This document shows, one piece after another, positions 1-7,548 of a DNA stretch of 19,694 nucleotides. The DNA comes from Desulfurella sp. GTDB taxonomy: Bacteria; Campylobacterota_A; Desulfurellia; Desulfurellales; Desulfurellaceae. Made by a program: the position numbers and the translations under genes. The stretch's first letter is position 1, and each line of letters opens with the position of its first letter. The notes beneath the pieces were generated by a model that was not told the DNA's origin, searched no databases, and saw only the letters and a list, made by a program, of their open reading frames with translations. The DNA is taken from the NCBI GenBank assembly GCA_031960885.1, contig JAVRLY010000022.1:1-19694 (forward strand). The letters are read 5' to 3'.

Positions 1-242
1 ACCCGATGAATCTTAGGATTACAACAAAACTTAATGGGGAAATCAAGCAAGATTCAACAACAGCCCACATGATATTTGATGTGTTTGAACTTGTTTCTTT
101 TATATCTAAAATTATGACGCTTTATAGTGGTGATTTAATTGCATCTGGAACGCCAAGCGGTGTAGGTCCTGTATCAGTTGGAGATGTTGTTGAAATAGAA
201 ATTGAAAATATAGGAAAATTAATAAATCCAGTAAAGGAGTAG
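1..242 (+). CDS. Fumarylacetoacetate hydrolase (FAH) family protein, 3' part (5' truncated by window edge)
   Basis: C-terminal FAH motifs '[50 protein letters not shown]'; frame is open to the window edge, so the ATG at 6 is probably internal. Confidence 0.88.
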   Translation, partial: PMNLRITTKLNGEIKQDSTTAHMIFDVFELVSFISKIMTLYSGDLIASGTPSGVGPVSVGDVVEIEIENIGKLINPVKE

Positions 243-246
243 GTTA

Positions 247-1398
247 ATGTTTAAGTTGTCTAAAAGAATTGAGCAGTTGCCTCCATACCTTTTTTCTGAA
301 ATTGATAAATTAAAACAACAGGTAAAACAAAAAGGCATTGAGGTTATCGATTTAGGCATAGGCGATCCAGATATTCCAACACCTAAAGAAATTGTAGAAG
401 TAGCACAAAAAGCATTAGAAAATCCTGCAAATCACCAATACCCATCGTATGAGGGCAGTCTGGAGTTTAGGCAGGCAGTTTCTTTGTGGTACAAAGACAG
501 ATTTAATGTGGATGTGGACGCAGAGAGTGAGTGTCTTGCATTAATTGGCTCAAAAGAAGGCATTGCACATTTACCATTTGCATTTATTGATAGTGGTGAT
601 TACTCGCTTGTGCCAGATCCAGGGTACCCAGTTTATGCCACATCAACAATGTTTGCAGGCGGTATGGTCTACAAAATGCCTTTGCTAAAAGAAAACGCTT
701 TTTTGCCAGATTTGGATTCAATTGACAAAAGTGTATTAAATAAAACAAAATTGATGTTTATTAATTACCCAAATAACCCAACAAGTGCAATTGCAACAAA
801 AGAGTTTTACAATAATGTTGTAGAACTTGCTTTGAAGTACGGGTTTTTAGTTGTGTCTGATAATGCATATTCAGAAATATACTATGATAACTATAAACCT
901 ATGAGTTTTTTAGAAGTTGATGGGGCTAAAGAGGTTGGCATTGAATTGCACTCTTTTTCTAAAACTTTTAATATGACAGGTTGGAGAATAGGTTTTGCTG
1001 TGGGAAACAAAGAAGCTATATTCGGTCTTGGCAAAATAAAGACAAATGTAGATTCAGGCGTGTTTGGAGCATTGCAGCAAGCAGGCATTTTTGCACTCAA
1101 CAATTATAAAAGGCTAAATGAACCAATTAGGAAGGTATTTCAAGCGCGCAAAGACCAAATGGCTCAAGCTTTGAGAAAAGCAAATTTTGAGTTTGAAGAG
1201 CCACTTGCTACGTTTTACTTTTGGGTAAAAGTTAAAGAAGGTTATGCGTCAAAAGACTTTGCAAAAAAGTTATTAGAAGAAAAAGGCATTGTGGTAACGC
1301 CGGGTGTAGGATTTGGTGAGTATGGTGAAGGCTATTTTAGAATTAGTATTACAAATCCACACATACAAAAAGCAGTTGATGCTATAACATCCCTATGA
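247..1398 (+). CDS. dapL: LL-diaminopimelate aminotransferase (class I/II PLP-dependent)
   Basis: N-terminal 'LPPYLF..DLGIGDPD', 'GSKEG', 'NYPNNPT', 'DNAYSEI', PLP-lysine motif 'SFSKTFNMTGWRIG'; GGAG RBS at 236-239. Confidence 0.8.
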   Translation: MFKLSKRIEQLPPYLFSEIDKLKQQVKQKGIEVIDLGIGDPDIPTPKEIVEVAQKALENPANHQYPSYEGSLEFRQAVSLWYKDRFNVDVDAESECLALIGSKEGIAHLPFAFIDSGDYSLVPDPGYPVYATSTMFAGGMVYKMPLLKENAFLPDLDSIDKSVLNKTKLMFINYPNNPTSAIATKEFYNNVVELALKYGFLVVSDNAYSEIYYDNYKPMSFLEVDGAKEVGIELHSFSKTFNMTGWRIGFAVGNKEAIFGLGKIKTNVDSGVFGALQQAGIFALNNYKRLNEPIRKVFQARKDQMAQALRKANFEFEEPLATFYFWVKVKEGYASKDFAKKLLEEKGIVVTPGVGFGEYGEGYFRISITNPHIQKAVDAITSL

Positions 1399-1880
1399 AA
1401 TATACAAGTGTTTTTTTAGGTTTAGGTTCAAATGTCGGAGATAGGAAAAAAAATATACAAACTGCCATTGATTATATAAGTACAAATAGTAAAATAAACA
1501 TATTAAAACTCTCAAGTATTTATGAGAGTCCGCCATGGGGTTACAAGAATCAAGAAAACTTTTACAACCAAGTCATTGAGATTGAAACTCAACTTGAGCC
1601 TTACGAGTTATTGGTATTTATTAAATCTATTGAAAAAAAAATGGGCAGGCAAACAACTATCAAATGGGGCCCACGCAATATTGACATTGACATTTTGATT
1701 TTTGATGATATCATAATAAAAGGAGATTTTTTGAATATACCGCATAGGTATTTGCTTAAAAGGTGTTTTTGGCTTGTTGGGTTGTGGGAAATCGATAAGC
1801 ATTTAAACATCTTAGGTGAGAGTGTACATTTATTGCTTGAGCGCGAAGTAAGTCGCGACTCAGTAAAAATTATTTGTTAA
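1395..1880 (+). CDS. folK: 2-amino-4-hydroxy-6-hydroxymethyldihydropteridine diphosphokinase (HPPK)
   Basis: 'LGLGSNVGD', 'SSIYESPPWG', 'WGPRNIDIDIL', 'IPH' motifs; ATGA overlap with dapL stop. Confidence 0.95.
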   Translation: MKYTSVFLGLGSNVGDRKKNIQTAIDYISTNSKINILKLSSIYESPPWGYKNQENFYNQVIEIETQLEPYELLVFIKSIEKKMGRQTTIKWGPRNIDIDILIFDDIIIKGDFLNIPHRYLLKRCFWLVGLWEIDKHLNILGESVHLLLEREVSRDSVKIIC

Positions 1881-1900
1881 GAGGATTTATTTGTTAAATA

Positions 1901-1934
1901 GCACAAAGACTCCGAAAAGGAGCTTTAAGCGTGC
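1901..1934 (+). promoter_or_regulatory. Leader hairpin with bulged A upstream of panB (pan-motif-like RNA element)
   Basis: GCAC(1901-04)/GTGC(1931-34), AAAG(1905-08)/CTTT(1923-26), bulged A1909, CTCC(1910-13)/GGAG(1919-22), loop GAAAA; lies before a terminator in the panBCD leader. Confidence 0.55.
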
Positions 1935-1948
1935 ATAAAAAAAATTCA

Positions 1949-1996
1949 GGCCCCAAATGCTTTTATTTAATAGATGCGTTTGGGGTTTTTTATTTT
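1949..1996 (+). terminator. Intrinsic terminator/attenuator directly upstream of the panB RBS
   Basis: CCCCAAATGC(1951-60) pairs with GCGTTTGGGG(1976-85), one G-U; followed by TTTTTTATTTT(1986-96); panB GGAGG at 1999-2003. Confidence 0.8.
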
Positions 1997-2009
1997 ATGG
2001 AGGTAGTAT

Positions 2010-2804
2010 ATGAAAATGACAGTACCAAAGTTTGTTAGTATGAAATCTAAAGAAAAGATAACGATGATTACAGCCTATGATTATACACAAGCAAAAATTG
2101 CTGATGAGGCAGGCATTGATTCAATTTTAGTTGGAGATTCGCTAAGTATGGTAATGCAGGGGAATAATTCTACAATACCTGTTAGTTTAGAAGAGATGAT
2201 ATATCATGGAAAAATTGCAAGAAAAGGCGTTAAAGATGCATTGTTGATTGTTGATATGCCGTTTGCAAGTTATCAAGTCTCAGTAGAACAAGCATTGGCA
2301 AATGCAAGTAGAGTTATGAAAGAAACATTGTGTGATGCAGTAAAGTTAGAAGGTGGAGAAGAGTTTGCGCAAGTAGTACACAAATTGGTTTTATCTGGCA
2401 TACCAGTGATTGGCCATTTGGGCCTTACGCCTCAGTCAATAAATCTTTTTGGTTCCTACAGCGTTCGGGCAAAGACACAAGAGCAAGCAAAAAAACTGCT
2501 TGAAGACGCAATAGCATTAGAGCAAGCAGGTGCATTTGCAATTGTGTTAGAAGCTATCCCATTAAACCTTGCAAAACAAATTACGCATGAGCTTAGCATT
2601 CCAACAATTGGTATTGGCGCAGGCGTTTATTGCGATGGGCAAGTGCTTGTGTTTCATGACATGCTTGGTCTTTTTGATGATTTTAAACCTAAATTTGTTA
2701 AAAGGTACGCTCATTTAAAAGAGGATGCGATAAAAGGTATTAAAGATTACATTAAAGAAGTAAAAAATGAAGAATTTCCCACAACGGAGTTTTCCTATGA
2801 GTAG
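2010..2804 (+). CDS. panB: 3-methyl-2-oxobutanoate hydroxymethyltransferase
   Basis: 'TAYD', 'LVGDSL', 'DMPF', 'VKLEGG', 'GHLGLTPQ', 'GIGAG..CDGQVLV' motifs; GGAGG RBS. Confidence 0.97.
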   Translation: MKMTVPKFVSMKSKEKITMITAYDYTQAKIADEAGIDSILVGDSLSMVMQGNNSTIPVSLEEMIYHGKIARKGVKDALLIVDMPFASYQVSVEQALANASRVMKETLCDAVKLEGGEEFAQVVHKLVLSGIPVIGHLGLTPQSINLFGSYSVRAKTQEQAKKLLEDAIALEQAGAFAIVLEAIPLNLAKQITHELSIPTIGIGAGVYCDGQVLVFHDMLGLFDDFKPKFVKRYAHLKEDAIKGIKDYIKEVKNEEFPTTEFSYE

Positions 2805-3642
2805 AGTGGTTACATCGATTAATGAAATGAAAGAGATTTCTAAAGAAGCACTTTTGGCAAAAAAAAGCATAGGTTTTGTTCCTACAATGGGTTATTTGCA
2901 TAATGGACACATGTCTTTAATAAAAAGAGCTAGACAAGAAAACGATATTGTTGTAGTCAGTATTTTTGTAAATCCTTTGCAATTTGCCCCAAACGAAGAT
3001 TTTAATACGTATCCTAGAGATTTTGAGGAAGACAGAAATTTATGTGAACAAAGTGGAGTTGATGTAATATTTTATCCAAGTTATGAACATATGTACGCAC
3101 AAAATTATCAAACATTTGTTGAAGTGACTGGCTTGAGTAAACCACTGGAAGGAACATCTAGGCCTACGCATTTTAAAGGAGTGACAACGGTAGTTTTAAA
3201 ATTGTTTAATATTGTAAAGCCTACAAGAGCATATTTTGGAAAAAAAGATGCGCAACAGCTTATTATAATAAAAAAAATGGTTGAAGATTTAAACCTTGAT
3301 GTAGAAATTATACCGTGTGAAATTCAAAGGGATGTTGATGGTTTGGCTTTAAGCTCAAGAAATGTTTATCTAAATCAATTAGAACGCGCTCAGGCAGTTT
3401 GTCTTAAAAAAGCGCTAGATAAAGCCCAAGAATTGATAGACGCAAAAATTTACGATTCAAAAACAATTATTCAAAGTATGAAAGATGTAATAAATGCTCA
3501 TGATTTAGCTCGTATTGATTATATTAGTATAAACTCAACAGATTGTCTTAGTGAATTAAGTGAAGTGGTTTTGGGAAAAACATTAATATCATTGGCAGTT
3601 TTTTTTGGAAAAACAAGATTAATAGATAATATATGGGTTTAG
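2797..3642 (+). CDS. panC: Pantoate--beta-alanine ligase
   Basis: 'FVPTMGYLHNGH' (HxGH), 'SIFVNPLQF', 'FGKKD', 'LALSSRN', 'RLIDN'; start moved from 2767 to ATG 2797, which has GGAG at 2786-89 and overlaps the panB stop. Confidence 0.96.
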   Translation: MSRVVTSINEMKEISKEALLAKKSIGFVPTMGYLHNGHMSLIKRARQENDIVVVSIFVNPLQFAPNEDFNTYPRDFEEDRNLCEQSGVDVIFYPSYEHMYAQNYQTFVEVTGLSKPLEGTSRPTHFKGVTTVVLKLFNIVKPTRAYFGKKDAQQLIIIKKMVEDLNLDVEIIPCEIQRDVDGLALSSRNVYLNQLERAQAVCLKKALDKAQELIDAKIYDSKTIIQSMKDVINAHDLARIDYISINSTDCLSELSEVVLGKTLISLAVFFGKTRLIDNIWV

Positions 3643-3654
3643 TAGGAGGTTATA

Positions 3655-4020
3655 ATGCTTAGAAATATGTTAATTGGGAAAATACATAGAGCTACAGTAA
3701 CACAAGCAGATTTACATTATATTGGAAGTATTACGATTGACGAAGATTTAATGGAAGCTGCAAATATGAAAGAGTATGAGTATGTGCATATATGGAATAT
3801 AGATAATGGTGAGCGCTTTCAAACGTACACAATTAAGGGTAAAAGAGGCTCTGGCGTTATTTGCCTAAATGGTGCAGCAGCAAGAAAAGTCGCAGTAGGT
3901 GATAAGGTTATTATTGCTGCATTTGGGTTAGTAGATGATAAAGAAGCAGAAAATGTTGTACCAAAGGTTGTAATTGTAGATAAAGATAATAAAATTGCAG
4001 AAAAATACGAAGGCGTTTAG
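3655..4020 (+). CDS. panD: Aspartate 1-decarboxylase (pyruvoyl-dependent proenzyme)
   Basis: 'KIHRATVT', Gly-Ser self-cleavage site 'YIG|SITID', 'TYTI', 'CLNGAAAR'; AGGAGG RBS. Confidence 0.97.
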   Translation: MLRNMLIGKIHRATVTQADLHYIGSITIDEDLMEAANMKEYEYVHIWNIDNGERFQTYTIKGKRGSGVICLNGAAARKVAVGDKVIIAAFGLVDDKEAENVVPKVVIVDKDNKIAEKYEGV

Positions 4021-4090
4021 TACGCTTAATATAAAAAAATTATAAAAGTCAATTATAAAATTAAAGTAGGTAATATAGCTTAATATTTTC

Positions 4091-4119
4091 TTGACATTGT
4101 TTTTACTTTTAATTAACAT
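4091..4119 (+). promoter_or_regulatory. sigma70-like promoter P1 for fbp
   Basis: TTGACA(4091-96)-17 bp-TAACAT(4114-19). Confidence 0.6.
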
Positions 4120-4220
4120 AAAGCTAAAATAGAATTTTTGCATGTAAGTGAAAAATGTTTTGAAAGGTTGGCTTTTGATGCAGTTTAAAAGTATTTTTTT
4201 GTTTGGAGTTTGAACAATTA

Positions 4221-4249
4221 TTGACAACAAAAGTTTATAAAAATATGTT
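4221..4249 (+). promoter_or_regulatory. Possible second sigma70-like promoter P2 for fbp
   Basis: TTGACA(4221-26)-17 bp-TATGTT(4244-49); predicted start falls inside the SD (GGAGG 4253-57). Confidence 0.4.
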
Positions 4250-4263
4250 AAAGGAGGTGATTT

Positions 4264-5235
4264 ATGGCACTTATGAATTTAAGCAGATTTATACTTGAAG
4301 AGCAAAGGCGATTTAGTGAAGCAACGGGAGATTTTACGATGATATTGGAACAAATTGCATTTGCTTCGAAAATTATAGCACGGGAAGTTAATAAAGCTGG
4401 TTTAGTTAACATATTAGGTAGTCTTGATACACAAAATATTTTTGGCGAAACCCAACAAAAACTCGATGTATTTGCTAATCAAAAAATGATAGAAGCACTT
4501 GACCACATAGGTAAAGTATGCGTTATGGCTTCCGAAGAGGTTGAAACGCCTATTGAAATACCAGATCATTACCAAAAAGGCAAATACGTGGTTGTATTTG
4601 ACCCTTTGGATGGTTCTTCAAATATAGATGTAAATGTTAGTATTGGTACGATTTTTGGTATATTTAAAAAGAAGGAAGAGGAGTGTTCACTTGACGAAAG
4701 CCTATTGCAAAAGGGTAGAGATTTGATTGCAGCAGGTTATGTAGTTTATGGTTCATCCACAATGTTTGTATATTGTGCGGGTGGAACTGTAAATGGTTTT
4801 ACACTTGACCCAAGTGTTGGAGAGTTTTTATTATCACATCCCAATATTAAAATTCCACCAAAAGGCAATATTTATAGTGTTAATGAGGCAAATTTCAACA
4901 AATGGAATGAAAATATCCGAAACTACATAGGTGCTTTAAAAAATGAGGGCTATACATCACGCTATATTGGCTCATTGGTATCAGATTTTCACAGAAATCT
5001 ATTAAAAGGTGGTATATTTCTATATCCAGCTGATGAAAAAAATAAAAAGGGAAAACTGAGATTATTGTATGAAGCTTTCCCGTTATCTTTTATCGTGGAA
5101 CATGCAGGTGGAGCATCTATTGATGGTAATATAGATATTCTTGATAAAGTTCCACAGACGTTGCATGATAGGACGCCACTTGTTATAGGTTCAAAATATG
5201 AAGTTGAATTATTTAAAAAAATGGTGACTAAATAG
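4264..5235 (+). CDS. fbp: Fructose-1,6-bisphosphatase class 1
   Basis: 'SEE', 'FDPLDGSSNIDVNVSIGTIF', 'RYIGSLVSDFHRNLLKGGIFLYP', 'GKLRLLYE'; AAGGAGGTG RBS. Confidence 0.97.
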   Translation: MALMNLSRFILEEQRRFSEATGDFTMILEQIAFASKIIAREVNKAGLVNILGSLDTQNIFGETQQKLDVFANQKMIEALDHIGKVCVMASEEVETPIEIPDHYQKGKYVVVFDPLDGSSNIDVNVSIGTIFGIFKKKEEECSLDESLLQKGRDLIAAGYVVYGSSTMFVYCAGGTVNGFTLDPSVGEFLLSHPNIKIPPKGNIYSVNEANFNKWNENIRNYIGALKNEGYTSRYIGSLVSDFHRNLLKGGIFLYPADEKNKKGKLRLLYEAFPLSFIVEHAGGASIDGNIDILDKVPQTLHDRTPLVIGSKYEVELFKKMVTK

Positions 5236-5944
5236 TATCATTCAGAAATTTTTCAAACAAGTGTAAGTCTTCTTTAGTATCTATACCAATAAAATGTTTT
5301 GATGTTTTAAGGACGCCGATTTTGATTGAGTACTCTAAAGCTCTAAGTTGCTCTAATTTTTCGGCTTGTTCTAATTGTGTAGGTTTTTGGCTATGCAAAA
5401 ATAGTAATGTTTCTTTAGTGTAAATATATATACCAATGTGTTTTAAGTAATTGTGGTATGGATTTGCATCGAAAGGTATTTTTGAGCGAGAAAAGTACAT
5501 TGCAAAACTATTTTTGTCGGTTACAACTTTAACATCGTTTATATTATTGGCACAATCGGCGCAAGGTGTTGCTAGTGTTGCCATTTTAAGCTTTCTTGAG
5601 ATAAAAAAATCTATTAATTCATCTATTGTATTGCCATCTATTAGAGGTTCATCACCTTGCACATTAACAATTACATCATAATGTTGATTTTTAACAAAAT
5701 GTGCAATCCTATCTGTGCCACTATTAAAATCTCCTTCTACGAGGTAAACTTTACCACCGATTTTTTCTATAGTTTGCTTTATTTCTGTAGAATCACAAAG
5801 TACTGCGCACATGTGAGCTTTTTTAGATTGCCTAGCACCCATGTATGTCCACTCGATAATTGTTTTTCCTTTTACATTTGCAAGAAGTTTTTTAGGAAAA
5901 CGAGTGGAATTTAGCCTTGCTGGTATTAATATAGCAATATTCAT
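5228..5944 (-). CDS. kdsB: 3-deoxy-manno-octulosonate cytidylyltransferase (CMP-Kdo synthetase)
   Basis: 'IPARLNSTRFPKKLL', 'SGTDR', 'VNVQGDEP', 'YFSRSKIP', 'HIGIY', 'LEQAEKLEQLRALE'. Confidence 0.96.
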   Translation of the reverse strand: MNIAILIPARLNSTRFPKKLLANVKGKTIIEWTYMGARQSKKAHMCAVLCDSTEIKQTIEKIGGKVYLVEGDFNSGTDRIAHFVKNQHYDVIVNVQGDEPLIDGNTIDELIDFFISRKLKMATLATPCADCANNINDVKVVTDKNSFAMYFSRSKIPFDANPYHNYLKHIGIYIYTKETLLFLHSQKPTQLEQAEKLEQLRALEYSIKIGVLKTSKHFIGIDTKEDLHLFEKFLNDTI

Positions 5945-6867
5945 AGATAATCCTTTAATTCTTCAAGTTTCACGCTTGATGTACCGCGTTTGCCAACAAC
6001 AATAGAGGCTGCTATGCTTGCTAATTTGACCGCTTTTGTTGGTTCAAAACCCAAAGCAAAACACATAGTAGATACAGCAATTACTGTGTCACCAGCGCCA
6101 GTTACATCATAGACTTCTTTTGCTAAAGCTTGTTCATGATAAATAAGCCCATCATTTGAAAATAATGTCATACCATTTTCACCTTGAGTTATAAGCAAAT
6201 ATTTGCATTTAGTTTTTTTCATAATAACACTAGCTGCTTTTTTTAAATCATTTTCATTTTGTATCGCAATTTTGCTCATATCTTGAGTTTCTTTCACATT
6301 TGGCGTTATTAAGTCAACATTTTTGTACATCTTTGTATGATTTACTTTTGGGTCAACACTTATAAATTTACTAAATTTATCGCTTAGTTCTTGAATTAAA
6401 TCAGCTGAAATCATACCTTTACCATAATCTGAGATAATAATTGCATCGGTATTTTCAAAATCTATTGATTTTAATATCTCAGTTTTAGTCTTTGAATCCA
6501 TTGCCTGCTTGTGCTCTCTATCAACTCTAACAATTTGCTGAGAGTGCGCCACGATACGTGTTTTTTTTGTTGTTATGCGGTTTGTTTCAATGAGCTTTGC
6601 TTTAATATTTGCATTTTCGCAGAGTTTTTTAAAAATATTTGCAGATTCATCTTTGCCTATGCAGCCAACTAAGTATACATCTGCACTTAAATCTTTTAAA
6701 TTTTTTGCTACATTTGCTGCGCCACCTAAATAAAATTTTTCATCTTTAACATTTAAAATAGGTACGGGCGCTTCGGGAGAAATTCTATCCACATTTCCAA
6801 ATATATAGTGATCAAGCATAACATCGCCAATTACAGCAATTTTTAAATTATTTATTTTTCCTATCAT
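5941..6867 (-). CDS. rfaE1: D-glycero-beta-D-manno-heptose-7-phosphate kinase (stand-alone HldE kinase domain, PfkB family)
   Basis: 'VIGDVMLDHYIFGNVDRISPEAPVP', 'LGGAANVA', 'ISDYGKG', 'DVTGAGDTV'; no adenylyltransferase domain; start moved to ATG 6867 (MIGKINN), just after the PilZ-gene stop and preceded by AAGGGG. Confidence 0.92.
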   Translation of the reverse strand: MIGKINNLKIAVIGDVMLDHYIFGNVDRISPEAPVPILNVKDEKFYLGGAANVAKNLKDLSADVYLVGCIGKDESANIFKKLCENANIKAKLIETNRITTKKTRIVAHSQQIVRVDREHKQAMDSKTKTEILKSIDFENTDAIIISDYGKGMISADLIQELSDKFSKFISVDPKVNHTKMYKNVDLITPNVKETQDMSKIAIQNENDLKKAASVIMKKTKCKYLLITQGENGMTLFSNDGLIYHEQALAKEVYDVTGAGDTVIAVSTMCFALGFEPTKAVKLASIAASIVVGKRGTSSVKLEELKDYL

Positions 6868-6868
6868 T

Positions 6869-7543
6869 TTAGCCCCTTTGCATGCGTAAAAATTCAATCT
6901 GTTTTTTTAAACAGAACTTAATTAAAATATCTCTATCTTTTTGGTTTAATTCTTCAAAACGTATACCATAATGAAAAGTAGATTTATCGATTTCTTGCCT
7001 ACGTACAATGGTAGCATTTAAGTTAAATGTTTTATTTTCTAAAACAAATTCAATACTTATAATTTTATTTAACTCAAGAAACTGATTTAATGATATTTTT
7101 GCACCAGATGCGCTTAAATTTAATATACTTGTCTGGATTGTTTCTAATTTTCCATTTTTATCATATAAATAGCATTTTGCATTTATTAATACATCTACCC
7201 TGAAATTTTCTCTAAAGTCATATTTGTAAAATTCTGTTGGTTTACTTATTTTGTAAAGTGTTTTATTACTATCTTTGATAATTTGCAAGATTTTAGTATC
7301 AAAGCTAACTCGTATATTTTTTTTAGATATGCAACTTACTGATATTGTATCACCAATTTTTGCAAAACCAACACGGCCCAAACTATCCGTTGGAAGCAGT
7401 ATTAAAAAACCGTCTGCAACTTCATCGTATACGAATGAATAGTAAATGCCTTTGTAATCACCATTTGGTATTTCAACATTTATATTTTGGCCTAAATCTA
7501 TAATTTCTCTTATGTTTTTAACAAAAATCTTTTCTCTTTCCAT
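6869..7543 (-). CDS. PilZ-domain c-di-GMP receptor, YcgR/flagellar-brake-like
   Basis: C-terminal PilZ motifs RxxxR ('RENFR') and (D/N)xSxxG ('NLSASG'), ending 'YGIRF..L..KDRDILIKF'; ~110-aa beta-rich N-terminal domain as in YcgR-like proteins. Confidence 0.85.
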   Translation of the reverse strand: MEREKIFVKNIREIIDLGQNINVEIPNGDYKGIYYSFVYDEVADGFLILLPTDSLGRVGFAKIGDTISVSCISKKNIRVSFDTKILQIIKDSNKTLYKISKPTEFYKYDFRENFRVDVLINAKCYLYDKNGKLETIQTSILNLSASGAKISLNQFLELNKIISIEFVLENKTFNLNATIVRRQEIDKSTFHYGIRFEELNQKDRDILIKFCLKKQIEFLRMQRG

Positions 7544-7548
7544 AATTT

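Noticed and set aside
4178..4217. 11-codon ORF (MQFKSIFLFGV) and weak TTGTTT/GAACAA hairpin with GGAG loop in the fbp leader
   Set aside because: Weak RBS and weak AU/GU stem; expected by chance in AT-rich DNA; not a canonical ANGGA CsrA site
3928..4230. 100-aa minus-strand ORF across the panD-fbp spacer
   Set aside because: F/I/N/Y-rich low-complexity translation of AT-rich DNA, overlapping panD and the fbp promoters
6868..6897. Longer ORF-track starts for rfaE1 (6897), panC (2767) and the hypothetical gene (TTG 13394)
   Set aside because: Downstream ATGs have better-placed RBSs and give the usual short overlaps with upstream stops
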